From contig JAAOMT010000129.1 of assembly GCA_016748015.1 (NCBI GenBank), positions 806,001 through 870,000 on the forward strand: DNA of 64,000 bases, read 5' to 3'. Every line of letters starts with the position of its first letter. Position 1 is the stretch's first letter. Below, one piece after another: positions 35,705 to 49,755 of the stretch. The stretch comes from Geosiphon pyriformis uo1. Lineage: Eukaryota > Fungi > Glomeromycota. The notes beneath the pieces were generated by a model. It saw only the letters and a list, made by a program, of their open reading frames with translations. It did not search any database and was not told where the DNA came from. Both the position numbers and the translations under genes were made by a program.

Positions 35705-37700
35705 TTATAGTATTACAATTAAAACTTATAATTTTTATTAGTTATTATATGTATTAGCCACTAATTTTATATAATTAATTATCATATTTTTAGATAATAA
35801 TCAATAATCTAACTATTAACTTAATTATTAATTTGATTAATAATCTAATTGTTAATTTAATCAGTAACATGGCTATTAATTTAAATAATCTAATCATTAA
35901 CTACTTTTAATAATTATATAAGTAATAAATTTTTTAATTATAGAAAACCATAGAAAAATATATATAAGAAATCAAAAAAATAAACTAATATCTATTAATT
36001 TAATTTTTTTCTTATCACTTATTTTCTTTTTTCCATTCTTTATTTTCAAGTATCTAAATATTTTGAAATAAAAAATTACTTATTGGCATTTACTTATATT
36101 TTTTTAATTTTTATAATTGTAGTATTTGAAGATAATTGAATAAAACATAACTAAAGAGTATATTTAATACTTAATATTAAATTTTAAGAATATTAACATA
36201 AAACATAGAATTATATCAGTGTATTATTATTTGTTAATAGTATAGACTATTTTTTTATTTTCAGATTTTTTAATTATTTTTTAGAAAGATTAGCAACTGA
36301 AATATTTTATAAAATTAATTTTGTATATTAAATCTATATTTATTTAATTTACTTTTTAAAGTTGAATTTTCTTTGATTAATTTTATTATTTTATAATTCT
36401 GTTTTTTCTTGCTATTTATTAGCTTGTTATTTTAATTCATAACAATAGTAATTGTTGAAAATTATTAATTAATATACAGTTTTTTTTATTTTTAGTTTTA
36501 CAAATTTGTTTTTTTGCTTTTTAAATAATAGTTTATATATATATATATTTTTTAAGATTTATTACATTAAAGCTTTAAATTTTTAAAAATTTTAAGACTG
36601 TTTTTTTGAAATTAGTAATTTTTATATATTAATTGGTTGTTTTTTATAAAAACAGAATTTATTTATATAAATTTAAATATAAAATAATTATAAAAAATTA
36701 TAATTTAATTAATAATAATAAGTTGTTATCTTATATATTATTTAATTTATTAAACAGATTTTTTTTGATATAGTATATATATTTAATATAACTAAAATAT
36801 TTATAATAAATTTTGGTTTATATAATTATTATTATTTTTTTGAATTTAAATAATAAAATTATGATGTATATATAATATAGTTTTAATTAATTTAAATAAT
36901 TAATTATATATAATAAGAATATAAGTTATATTTAATTAAATTTACTTAATCTGTTTTATATATTAAATAGTAATTAGACTATATTTATAAAATATAATAA
37001 AAAAAAATTATAAAAATTTAAATATAATTTTATAAAATGTTTTTAACAAAAATATTTTTATAAATAAATTTTTTTAATATTATTGTTTATTACTATGTTT
37101 TTTTTAGTTAATTTAATTATATATAATTAATATTATTATGCTTTTTTTATATTTTATAAGTTTTAAGTTTTAATATTATTAATTTTTTTTAAAAATTTGT
37201 TTTTTTAAAAACTTTTTTTGTAATAATATTTTTGTATTTTTAATTATTAAAACTTTTTTTTTAGTTATTATTTTATTATTTTATTAATTAAAAGTTTTTT
37301 AACTAGAATATTTAATTTAATTAATTTAATTAATATAAAAAAATAAAAATTTGGAAAAAAATTTTTTATGTAAAATATTATATGGCTTTTTACTTTTAAT
37401 AAACAAAAAAATATATATTATGTAATTTTTTAATAAAATATAGTTTTTTTAATACATATTTTAAATTTTACATAAAATTAAACTATAAATTTGAATTGTG
37501 CTTTTTACATATAACCAGCCATTTGGACTTATATTAAATTATAGCATAAAAAACAGAAAACTTTAAATTTTATGTCATTTTTAATACAAAATAATAGGAA
37601 ATTAGGTAATGTATTTATAATTAAGTTTTTTAAATTAAATATTTAAGTATTTTTTAAAGTTAGGTTTTAACAAAAAATGTGTAATCTTAATTGACTCAAA
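35705..37700. other. AT-rich desert
   Basis: Near-absence of C/G and no ORFs; ends just before the gene island. Confidence 0.8.
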
Positions 37701-38000
37701 TGACCACTTATGTGTAAAAGACACATAATCCATATTTATTGTAATAAGTTATAATTTTAAAAATTTTCATTTTCGAATACTATTTTTTAGAGCGATACTA
37801 TGAAGGCAGAGCAAGCGGCAAGTTATCATTTATGCACATGACCGAAGTAGAATGCATTGGTATTTTAAATATTAAAGTGAATTTTTATAATAGCTCATTG
37901 ATCCCTTACCTCTTTTTTTAAAACTCCGCAGATGAGAAATTGCTATGATTTATTTCAGTTATCATGTCCAAGTCATTTTCTGTAGATTTACCCTCATGAA

Positions 38001-38763
38001 CTATTGAGGCCTGGGTAGTCGGAATCCGCCAAGAGCACTTTCCATTTCCCAAATTGCTTCGATCAATTCTTGATCTAGCTCTATAACTTTAAGTTTGATC
38101 TTGTCTTTTCTCCTTTTTAGTTCGTCAGTACGCTGCTTTCGTAAACGGATAAGTGTTTCAGTATCATTGAGAAGAAGAGTTGTTTTAAGCTCATGCGTAA
38201 GTAAGAATAAATTTTCGCAGCTTCTCGCCTAATTTATTTATTTGTATTTCAAAGTGAATGGATGTTTTTATTTTCAGTTAACAAGAAACGAGACAGATTA
38301 CTATGTTTGCTGCCCGTAGTTCGACCGCGCACCCGTCAAGCGCTGTTCGGAATTTGTCTTTCTCGACCGTCTTTTTTGTGATAATAGGAAAGAGTAAATT
38401 CGGGTGGAGAGTGTCAAGTAAAGTAAGGTAAAAAAACTCATAAAAGCAAGTACTCTTATAAAGCTTTTTTCCACTTCACACAAGATTCCCATCCTCCACC
38501 TTATCAAAATCAGTCCCTGGCAGGCGCACGATTTCTGTGAAACTTGCTAGACGGACTATGTCTTTAAAACAGTCTAAAAGTTGTTCGACATCCGAGTCAA
38601 GACGTTGGTTTAAATGTTCTTCAGCGCGGGCAAAAAAGGCTTGTTGCGAAGTGGTGGTAGTTGTCGTAGATTCAACGTTTAAAGCAGTTGACGCGGTCGA
38701 GACCGAAGAAGTTATCGGAGCGTCAGTAATAAAGCGCCCAGGTTGTGGCGTGACACGTTGCAT
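38001..38763 (-). CDS. MED22: Mediator subunit 22 (Surf5/Srb6 family), about 3 exons
   Basis: Spliced reconstruction QRLDSDVEQLLDCFKDIVRLAS..DKFR..VELRAANI|ARSCENLFLLTHELKTTLLLND; GT-AG sites; exon 1 donor uncertain. Confidence 0.8.
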
Positions 38764-38936
38764 AATCAAAGAGAAATTAAAGAGTGAAAAAATAATTACT
38801 GTTGGTTTTTTTGTTTGTATAATTATAAAAAAAAACCTCAAATGTTAATATTAAATATTTTCAGATTCAATTTTAATATATTCTTGACATTGTTTAAACA
38901 GATGACCAATGTCGCACCATCTGACGTTTTATAAAA
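38764..38936. promoter_or_regulatory. 173-bp divergent intergenic region between MED22 and IRC3 (probable bidirectional promoter)
   Basis: Head-to-head start codons at 38763 and 38937. Confidence 0.5.
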
Positions 38937-41706
38937 ATGTCTTTCCTTCCCTATCATTTTTTCTCCAGAGTTCAATACAATCGCAGCAAAAGTTTTCCTA
39001 CGCGACTATCGCGTGAAGTAAATAACCAGCTGACAAACATTAAGAGAAGTAACTTGCGCGATATTCTATTCAAGAAACCAAATTTTTTTTATAGTACAGT
39101 TGTTGTTGAGCAGTCCTTTAAGGAACCTATCGAACTACGTCCTTACCAGAAAGAATGCATAGATCTATGCTTGAAAAAATTCCTGAACGACAATATCAAA
39201 CGGCAAATCGTATCACTACCTGTGGGTAGGCTACCAACATGCAATGTTGAATAATGCAGCCCTACTGTGCACTCTTCTCTCAAACCTTTTATTTGAAACT
39301 CGTCTAAAAATTTATAGGAAGTGGAAAAACGGTATTATGTGATGAAATCAATTCTCTTCTACTTTAACCTGAAAACGAAGATTAACCGTTGAACAGTATA
39401 TATTGATCCCAATAGGTTATTTTCACCAATCTTCTAAAGGAAATCCCTTCACCTTCTCCAGAAGCCAACAAGGTTCTGATTATTGCACATCGCCAAGAGC
39501 TTTTAGATCAAGCCCATAAACATATTGTAGCAAGATTACCTGATTTGGTTGGTTTTTCTTCATAATCGCATAATTATTCTTATTGAAACTTAGTAAAAAC
39601 TTGTTTAGCTTTTATATAAAGCTAGTTGAAATAGATCAAGGCAGCAGAAGGGCCGAATTAATAGGCGATGTAATAATTGCAAGCGTCCAAAGTTTAACAA
39701 ATCAAAGTTCTCCTCGTCTGGAAAAATATGATCCCTCTAAATTCAAAGCCATCATAATTGATGAGGTGAGTGTAAAGCTTTGATTCATTATTTGATAATT
39801 ATTTTTCTCAACCAACTTTTCTTCTATCATAGGCTCATCATGCTTCTGCAATGACATATCGTAAAATACTTGGTCATTTTGGCGCTGATAAACCAGAAAC
39901 TCGGATCTTTGTTTGGGGATGTTCAGCAACAATTCGAAGGCATGATGGGGTTGCGCTTGGGATATTATTCGATGAGATAACATACCATCGGAGTTTCTTA
40001 GACATGATCCGGGAGAATTGGTTTGAACTTTTTTTCTGGAAAATATATTTTTCTTTCGCTTTTTTACGAGGCTATTTTCAATTTGTTATAGGCTATGTAA
40101 TATCAAAATTACTACAGTCAAGACCAACGTTGATCTCTCAAATCTTAAATCAAAAAGCGATTTCCAAGTAGGTGAGCTTTCCAGAACGGTCAACATTCGT
40201 GAACGCAATGAACTGATTGTAAGAACGTACTTAAAGTGCGCAGGTATATATGGTGCTCACTCAGCTATTGATTGGTTTGTTCTTTAGTTTCCACAAAGTT
40301 TACCAGATTTTTCTTTGCTATCCTGTATTTATAATTACCTGGGACAGGTGAAAGAAAATCGACATTAGTTTTCGCGGTAGATATTGATCATGTAGAACGA
40401 TTAACTGAAGCTTTCCGTGAACATGGGGTGGTAACTCACGGGATTACTGGAAGAACACGTAAAAGTGTTCGATCCGCGCTTTTGAATGAATTCAAGAATG
40501 GAAGTTTTCCTGTATTGGTAAATTGTGGTAAGAATACGATAAATATATAAAAGTATTTTTAGTTTCCCATTAATTCAAATTCATTCAAAGGTATTTTAAC
40601 GGAGGGAACTGATATCCCTAATATCGACTGCATCTTAATGAGTCGGCCCACTCAGTCCTCCGTACTATTTCAGCAAATGCTTGGACGTGGGATGCGTCGC
40701 GCTGAAGGCAAAGAGAATTGTCTAGTGATAGATTTTGTTGATTCCTATCTCAAGTTTAACAAAATTAAGACTATGCCCACGTTGTTGGGTTTAGAGCCGT
40801 CCGCTGAATTGAAAGGTAAAATTGAAAAGCTGATTTTATTTTAGTTCTGATCAATCAGGAGTTGCTTAACTAATTTGGACACGATCTGTATTTATGACAG
40901 AAAAAGATGTTGCTGAATTTGCTTCCCAACTAGGTAAAAAAAGCTACTCGTTTAATATATTTTTTCAATTTAAAACTAACCCGTCTTTACTTGAACAGAA
41001 AAGGAGAAAAAATCGCAAGTCCAGGAATCAACTCGTAAACAGATCATTAACAATTTAGAAATTACTGAATGGGAAAATCCATTTGAATTATTAGCTGATT
41101 GCCCAGAAGCTTCTTTTCTCGAGGAAATGTCACCGAATGCTTGGGTTCGAGTTGCCTCTGAAGCTTACGTTTTATCCTTGCCAGAGCATACCATCCTGAG
41201 ATTAGAAAAAGAAAAAGACGGTAGCTCTATCTTTTTATCTGAAAACTTTCATTTTGACTATACTGATGTTCATTTTAATAGGTATGTACAGAGTTATTAA
41301 AAAAATTGGTCAACCAGGACAGATGGGTTCCTTTTGGCGTAAGATAAGCTATTGTATACCTGTGACCGGAGACTCTTTGGAGCATACGTTACACGCATGC
41401 GATTCCTGGGTACTCGAAAATTATGGACCCGAGATAAAAAGTCTTCTTAGTCGAAACGCACGTTGGCGCTTTCAACCAGCAACTCCGGGGCAAATAAAAT
41501 ATTTAACCGATAAGGCTCATACAATTGAAGACTGGACCAATAAAGAAGGGATTGCTAACCTCAACAGAGGACAAGCAGCTAATATGATCACAATCCTCTT
41601 GGAAGGTAGACCAAAACCATCTTTGGCTAAAAAGAAGGTAGAAACATGGAAATGGGAAGATGAATTTTTGTCCGCCGGTCCCTTGGGCAAAACGATGGAA
41701 ATTTAA
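38937..41706 (+). CDS. IRC3: SF2 DExH helicase, mitochondrial Irc3-like, multi-exon
   Basis: LRPYQ, SLPV|GSGKT, AHRQEL, ASVQSL, DE|[22 protein letters not shown]-terminal WR..PATPGQ; basic N-terminal presequence-like region. Confidence 0.85.
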
Positions 41707-41876
41707 GTGAGGAAACTATGCAATTTCCTTTAAACCGTTAAGATGTGATAGGTTATTATGAGCTTGATGTACAAATCTCAAGCGCTTCAATATATTTCTT
41801 AAAATATCAAATATAAACAAGTAAAAAATATCAGCTGCCTTTATACAAAGTATTTATTAATGCCCAATATTTTTGT

Positions 41877-43991
41877 TTAAAGTCCAGCAGTTGGATTACC
41901 CGAGATTCCATTATTTTGATTATTACCAACACCAACATTACCCCGCATTTGACTATTAGGGATTGATAATGTACTATTTTGCATGATTGCATTATTACCT
42001 AGTCCATTATTGGGAACATTTCCCCCTATACTACTGTTTGAATATCTTATATTATAGGCAGAAGTTGGTGTTGCAAACCCATTTCCAAAGCCATGAATAT
42101 TGGCACCTATTGCGTTTGTATTTGGGCTTCCCATGTATCCTCCAAAACCCATCTGCTGGAGTTGTTGTAATTGTTGATGTGAAATTGCACTAACAAACTG
42201 ATTATTCGTATTCATCATTGGTGGTAATCCGGTGTTAGAAGGTTGTGTAGTCGTGATGGTAATCTGACCAGAGTCATTAGTCGTAATTGTAGGCATACCC
42301 CCCATTCGGACTAATGGGGGTAAAACCTGATAAGAATTATCCTGATGTGATGCTGTTGTAATGTTTGAATAGTCTGTTATTGATTGAGAATAATTTGGTA
42401 TTGTTGATATTGATGTTTGCATCTTCTGAGTGTTTGGTGTGGACGGTGTCGTTGATGAGGATTTTGGAAGAGGAGTTATTTTTTGTGGGGACTGATGTTG
42501 AGTTTGTGGTATTTGGGATTGTTCGTTATATTGTTGAACAAGAGATTGGGATTGATTTTGGTTCTGCTGTTGTGATTGATTGTTAGGATGAAGTGAATTT
42601 TGTTGCTGATATTGTGATTTTTGGTTTTCATAAGGAAATGATTGCTGGGCTTGTTGAGGTGGTTGATTCATTACCATTCCAGAAGTTCCAATTGATGAGG
42701 TTCCCAATTTGTATTTTCGTGGCGGTGAAGCAGGTATATTTTCATTTAGAGGAACATGATTGTGGTTACTAGAAGAAATTGAAGAAGCAGAAACGTTTGA
42801 AATATTTGATAGATTATTTTTCGGCAAAAGGTTGTTGATCGTGTTGCTGTTAATACTAGTATTTAGATCGTTTGAGGTGTCTCTCTTGAGAAGAGATGGG
42901 CCCACTAGATTATATTGTTGATTGTACACTGAAAATACTTGAGAGGCAAGTTGGATAAGTTGATTAATTTTATTTGAGGAAGGGAAGCGAGGTGTAGGTA
43001 AGGGAGAGAAGTCCGGCATCAATTTTTGCTTTAATTCCTAAAATTTTAAAGATAAAAATTTGAGGTTTTTTTTTTTAAAATTTCTAAAGATTTTAAATTT
43101 CGAATTACCCCTTGAGGATTGGTGTATTGATCGGCTACCGTTGCAAGGTAGGTAAGATTTGATTGTAAGCGTGCTTTATAGCTGTAAATTTATGTGAATT
43201 TAAAAATAAAATATTTCCGAAACAAACTCAAACTGGGAACAGGATCTTACATTTCAATTTCTTGAACATTCAGTAACCCTTTTGACTGATAATCGATACA
43301 TACCCGAAACAGCTCTTCATTCAAATCAAGGATCTAAAATTTTACATAACGAATATAAAATAATATTAAGTTTTAATATAAGATAGATCAAAAATATTTC
43401 TCCATTACATAATCCAAGTCAATCGAAAATCTTTCAATTTAATTTTGGAATGGGTGGAAGGGGAAAGGTTACTAAGTTAAAAAAGATAGTACTCAAAATG
43501 AGTAACAGAAATACTGATAGATAGTTTGAGAAAGAATATATACCGCTTGCACGCATCTTTGTGTATAATCTAAAAGTAGTGTAATAGGTCCAAAGCAATA
43601 TATAATGAAATAATAATTCCGGAACCAAAACCAAAACAATTGTTTTCCAGTTACCGGGATTCATCAATGTGCCGGTTGCACGTGCTTCGTTGGTAAAACC
43701 ATCACCACTATTATTCTTATTCTCGGAATTTCTGAGAGTTGTAGATCCCACTACTGGTGGGTTGAGGGCAGTTGAAGCGAAGTAGTTGGGTTTTTTCTCA
43801 CCAACATCAGCCGAGGGTAAATTAGATTGTAAAGTATGCTTCGTTCCGTTCATGATTGTGGAACTATTATTTGACTGAGAAGTTTGCTGTTCTGGTAATG
43901 GCCAGGCAAAAGAGGGAAGTTGTTGTTCATAGGTTGGCATGTGAGAATTGGTAGCGAAGGGTCGCTGGTTTTGTTGAAATTCCTTATTCAT
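41877..43991 (-). CDS. SSXT/SS18-domain protein (SWI/SNF-associated coactivator-like) with Q/N/G-rich tail, about 5 exons
   Basis: Spliced DYTQRCVQA|ILDLNEELFRVCIDYQSKG..EI|YKARLQSNLTYLATVAD matches the SSXT pattern; joins track ORFs 43434-43997 and 41877-43022. Confidence 0.75.
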
Positions 43992-44251
43992 TATCAAAGT
44001 CTCAATTTTTTAGTAGAAATCCTTATGCCCTGATTTATTGGTGCACTTAAACCGGATGTCAGCTTTCATATTTTAAGTCAGGCTTGATATGAAAAAAGCC
44101 ACCGAAATAGAAACCATCATGTGGCTTGTATTTTGAAAATTCCTTTCTAAGCTTAGCTAATGATTATCGATATCTACCCGAGAATCCTTCCCCACCCTAA
44201 AGTCGTGGAGCTCAATTCAAGACCTAATACTTCATTCTTAGCTTGTTTAAA

Positions 44252-46029
44252 ATGTCTTCAGGTGTCGCGACCGTACCTTGCCAGGTAAAGCTGTATGAAT
44301 GAGATCAAAATTAGCATGTATTATAACAAATTAGCAATCTGAAGCTGGCTGCTACTGTTATGTAAAAGTATAAAACTGGACGAACCTTAGGGCAAGGCAC
44401 TTATGCTGTGGTGAAAGGTTAGTAGGTGACATGCTTAAAAGTAAATGAACACAGCATTCTGTGTTTGCTTTGAATTTCAAAATTCTTTGCTATAAATATA
44501 ACTGAAGTCATACTTTCCTACGTTCAATTTCAGAGGCTCAGCATGTATGTTTCAACTTGATGAAATCCTGGAGGAACTTTTCTCATTAATTGTTTCATGA
44601 TCGCTTTTCAATTTTTTTGCTAGATTGAAACGGGAGAATACTATGCTGTCAAAGTGATTAATAAAAAATTAATGGAAGGGAGAGAGCATATGGTCCGTAA
44701 TGAAATTGCAGTACTAAAACGAATCTCCCAAGGAAACAAAAATATTTTGACATTAGTTGATTATTTTGAAACGATGAACAATCGTATGTTTATTACTTTT
44801 TGGGTTAATCTACTCAATCAGGTTTTTTATTCACATTTTCATTCATCATTTTATATTTCTTAAAAAAGTTTATCTAGTAACAGATTTGGCGCTGGGGGGT
44901 GAATTATTTGATCGTATCTGTGCAAAAGGTAGCTATTATGAACGTGATGCGGCTAACCTTGTTCGAAGTATAACCGAGGCAGTAGCCTACCTTCACGAAA
45001 ATGGAATAGTTCATAGAGGTAAGAATACGGAAAATTAGGCAGTATGACCTTGAAAAGTATTCAAGTATGTCTTAGCATTTTCCCCGGGTGATTTTTATTC
45101 AAAAATAATTTATTTTTTGACGCACGCATTTGAAATAAGATCTTAAGGTAATGTAATTTTTAAATATAAAGCACCTAAATTTTTCAGGCCATAGTCTTTG
45201 AATTTATAGTAGAAAACCCTTTGATTAATCAATTCACTTTTTAAGCCCGAAAACCTTCTCTTTAGAACAAAAGCAGAGGATTCTGATCTCTTGATCGCCG
45301 ATTTTGGTCTTTCTAGGATCATTGATTCGGAAAAATTTCATGTTCTGACAACCACCTGTGGTACGCCTAGTTATATGGTATGGGAATGATATATTTTCAT
45401 TAAATAGTACAATTTAGTTTGAATAAAAATTTCTATTTTTTCCTCAAAATAGGCACCGGAAATTTTCAAGAAATCTGGTCATGGAAAGCCAGTAGATTTG
45501 TGGGCAATTGGAGTGATTACATATTTTTTGCTTTGTGGGTATACGCCATTTGACCGTGACAATAGCGTAGAAGAGATGCAGGCCATTATGACTGCTGATT
45601 ACCGATTCGATCCAGAATATTGGGAGGGAATTTCTAAGAATGGTAATTAAATATCTTTTTTTCAATGGTTTTTTAAATATTTCAGTTTGCTGACTCAATT
45701 ATATTAAATTTCTTCCCATAGCTAAAGATTTCATCAATCAGCTGTTAACCATTGATCCAAACAATCGCTTAACAGCTGAACAATCTCTTCAACACATATG
45801 GCTGAAATCAATACCGCCAAGTCCCGCTGGTGTTCTTAATCGTGACCTTGGGCCTAATGTGCGTCAGAATTTTGATGCTCGCCGAACCTTTAGGAAAGCG
45901 GTGGATGCTGTTAAGATGATCAACAACCTTACGAGCCATTCAAGAAGCAACAGCCTAGCCGGCCTTTTAGAAAGATCAAGAGCCGAAGCGGATGAATCTA
46001 TTGAACAAGTTTTGCTAGTCGACCGCTAA
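44252..46029 (+). CDS. Ca2+/calmodulin-dependent protein kinase (CaMK1/Cmk-like), multi-exon
   Basis: LGQGTYAVV, YAVK, GGELFDRI, HR|DLK|PEN, IADFG, TTCGTP, DLWAIG, C-terminal FDARRTFRKAVDAVKMIN regulatory helix. Confidence 0.92.
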
Positions 46030-46456
46030 GAATTTAAACGAGTGTTAACATCATACTTTTCAGATAGATATATTGATTTCGTTTATTTATGTCTTTTAAT
46101 CCATCGATTTGATTTGGTTGGATATTTATATGGTATTATTTTAGCGCCATTTAGCTCCATTACGAAGCATTCTTTTAAATTCATGGAGTTTAAAATGTGA
46201 GAAATTTTGAGTAACGAATATACTGTGCTTTTGGTCAGATTACGATAAATTTCTACTGGTAGTTATTAATGTGATCATGATAAGCTTAATAGTAGTTTAA
46301 AGTGCTGATTTTCCTCCAATCTGTTATTAACGGTATCAGTCATCGTTATTACCGATAATGCGCTAATCTGATCAAAAATCACATTCGAGGCTTACGCATC
46401 CCATCATCTTTTTCCAAACATTTCCCGATCATGCAAGAATAATCTTGCAAGTAATA

Positions 46457-46644
46457 GAACATGCTAGATTTTCTTTGTGAGACAATTCCTTATGTCGGAA
46501 CATTGGATCGATGATAATACTTGTTGATATACACGCGTTGATTGATGATACACGGAGAGCTAAAAATCCCAAGGAAGGATATCAAATTAAGGTAGATGGA
46601 ACTTGCTAGAAAAAAGATGTCGTATAGCACCACAACGATATAAA
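46457..46644 (+). promoter_or_regulatory. HSP70 promoter with two HSE-like GAACWTGCTAGA elements and TATAAA
   Basis: Copies at 46457-46468 and 46599-46610; TATAAA at 46639. Confidence 0.5.
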
Positions 46645-46806
46645 GAGGCCACTTTTTTTTCATAAATAACCTTTACAAATTATTTTGTAGAAAATCTTGT
46701 TTTCGTGAAATTTTTCTGATTTCTATCTTGATAAACCAAAATTAAAACACCCTTTTAGTTATCAAGCTAAAATATCATTGACAATCTTATAACTTTATAA
46801 CCAGAT

Positions 46807-49216
46807 ATGGCCGAAGGCAAAGCTGGTAAATCTCAAACGCTGAATTAAAGATCATACTTTAAATTTTGTTTGTACTAAAAGAATTTTTCCCAATATCTAA
46901 CCTTATTAATAGTGGGTATTGACCTCGGTACGACCTACTCGTGCGTAGGAGTGTGGCAAAATGACAGAGTAGAAATCGTTGCAAACGATCAAGGAAACCG
47001 TACGACCCCTTCATACGTCGCTTTCACAGATACTGAGCGTCTAATTGGTGATGCCGCTAAAAACCAAGTTGCTATGAATCCTTACAATACTGTTTTTGAT
47101 GCAAAAAGACTTATTGGGCGTCGCTTTAACGAACCTGAAGTCCAATCTGATATGAAGGTTTGTTTCTATTTCACCTCCTTATTTATAACTCTCAAGGGCT
47201 TCTAGCAATACCTTTGCTGATAACTCGGGTTTTAATTGTATTAAAAATAACGTATAAATTTCACATTAACCTCGCCCCAAATCTATCACATTGATATTAT
47301 AGCACTGGCCTTTCAAAGTCCTTGACAAAGCTGGAAAACCTTATATTGAAGTGGAATATAAAGGAGAAAAGAAACATTTCACCCCAGAAGAAATTTCATC
47401 AATGGTACTAACAAAGATGAAGGAAACGGCCGAGGCCTTTCTAGGCACCAAAGTAAACAATGCGGTTATCACGGTACCTGCCTATTTCAATGACTCCCAG
47501 CGCCAAGCTACTAAAGATGCCGGAATGATTTCTGGTCTCAATGTCCTACGCATAATCAACGAACCAACGGCTGCAGCCATTGCTTACGGTTTGGACAAGA
47601 AGGTAGCTGGTGAAAGGAACGTGCTTATTTTTGATTTAGGTGGTGGTACCTTCGATGTTTCCTTGCTTACTATTGAAGAGGGTATCTTTGAAGTCAAAGC
47701 AACTGCCGGTGACACCCATCTTGGTGGGGAGGATTTCGATAATCGTCTTGTGAATCACTTTGTTCAGGAATTCAAGCGAAAATTCAAGAAAGATTTGACA
47801 ACTAATGCACGTGCATTACGACGTCTTCGAACTGCGTGTGAACGTGCGAAGCGTACTTTATCGGCTTCTGCCCAAACATCTATCGAAATTGATTCTTTGT
47901 TTGAAGGAATTGATTTCTATACCTCATTGACACGTGCACGTTTTGAAGAACTTAATCAAGATTTATTTAGATCAACAATGGAACCTGTCGAAAAAGTTTT
48001 GCGTGATTCAAAAATTGATAAAGCTGCTGTTCACGAAATCGTATTGGTTGGTGGTTCTACACGTATCCCAAAGATTCAAAAGATGGTATCAGATTTCTTC
48101 AGTGGTAAAGAACCCAACAAGTCCATCAATCCAGATGAAGCTGTTGCTTATGGTGCTGCTGTTCAAGCTGCTATATTATCTGGGGATACTTCAGAGAAAA
48201 CTCAAGATCTATTGCTTCTCGATGTTGCTCCTCTATCTACTGGTATCGAAACTGCCGGTGGTGTCATGACACCATTAATCAAACGTAATACGACTATTCC
48301 AACCAAGAAGTCTGAAGTGTTTTCGACATATTCTGATAATCAACCTGGGGTACTTATTCAAGTCTACGAAGGTGAAAGAGCACGAACTAAGGACAATAAT
48401 TTACTAGGGAAATTCGAGTTGACTGGCATTCCCCCAGCTCCTCGAGGAGTACCTCAAATTGAAGTTTGCTTTGATATTGATGCTAACGGTATTCTCAATG
48501 TTAGTCATGATGATCTTTAAATTCTCTTTTGCTTGACTCTCTTTGCTTTCAGCCATGATTCTCAATACCCTTCACTGTTCATTGTAGGTATCTGCGGTGG
48601 ATAAGACTACTGGCCGCTCCAACAAAATTACTATCACAAATGACAAGGGTCGTTTGTCAAAAGAGGAAATTGATCGGATGGGTAAGTACATCAAGCATGG
48701 AAGCTGTAAACTAATAGTTTTAAGTCTTCTAACTTATCAATTTCGAATTCAGTTTCCGATGCCGAAAAATATCGTGCTGAAGATGAAAAGGTTGCCCAAA
48801 AAATTCAAGCTCGAAATAGTTTGGAAAGCTACGCATACAACCTTAGGAACACATTACAGGTAAATTTTTGACCAAACTTTTGCACTTTTATTAAACGCCT
48901 TATTCGAACACTCTTCCCTCCTGTCTAATAGGACGAAAAAGTTACCAGCAAACTTGAACCCGCTGATAAGCAGAAACTTGAGGATGCTATTCAAGAAGCG
49001 ATCACTTGGCTTGATCAAAATCACGAAGCTGAGAAAGAAGAATACGAACATAAGCAAAAATCCCTGGAAGAGATAGCGAACCCTATTATGATGAAATTAT
49101 ATGGAGCGGCTGGTGCACCTGGTGCTGGTGGAGCTTTCCCTGGTGGTGCTCCGGGTGGATTCCCTGGCGCAGGTGGAGGTGACGAGACTGGTCCAACGAT
49201 TGAAGAAGTGGATTAA
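46807..49216 (+). CDS. HSP70: Cytosolic Hsp70 (SSA-type), 6 exons
   Basis: [36 protein letters not shown] repeats, C-terminal GPTIEEVD. Confidence 0.98.
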
Positions 49217-49755
49217 TTTGAACCAATTTTAACTCGACTATCCCTCAATGGTTGACACTACCAAGAACATTTACTATCCTTGTTACGAAATTGGGATTAT
49301 TAGCTATTGAGCGTCTAAAATAATGGTTTAGAGACAACCCCTTATAAATAGTAGTACATATTATATATTTTCTCACCTTCAGTTAGATGATAATTATATA
49401 AATTTATTCCTTTTTTGCTTTTTATGTATCACTTTTCCTGAATTGAAGACTTGGTTCCTAAATAATGTCTCGCCACTAAAAAAAAGGACTTTATTAAAGG
49501 ATGTTGATATTTCCAATTTGAAATTAATAATCTTAGTAGCGAAAATGTTTGAAAATACCACTTTTACATTTCATCAATCAAATCTTTGACATCTGTCGTT
49601 ATCTAAATCCTTTGATTGTTAACTTGCTAACAACGAAATTTTAATATCAATAAATTGTTGAGTCAATGATAAAAAGCGAATTCATATGTAGAAAACGTTT
49701 GATTGGACAAAATTTAATGTGAGAATCGCACTAAGGTTTCTTGACACTTGTTGAA

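Noticed and set aside
43434-43650. Transmembrane C-terminus of the 187-aa ORF
   Set aside because: The hydrophobic stretch is read-through into T-rich introns after the GTAACT donor near 43652
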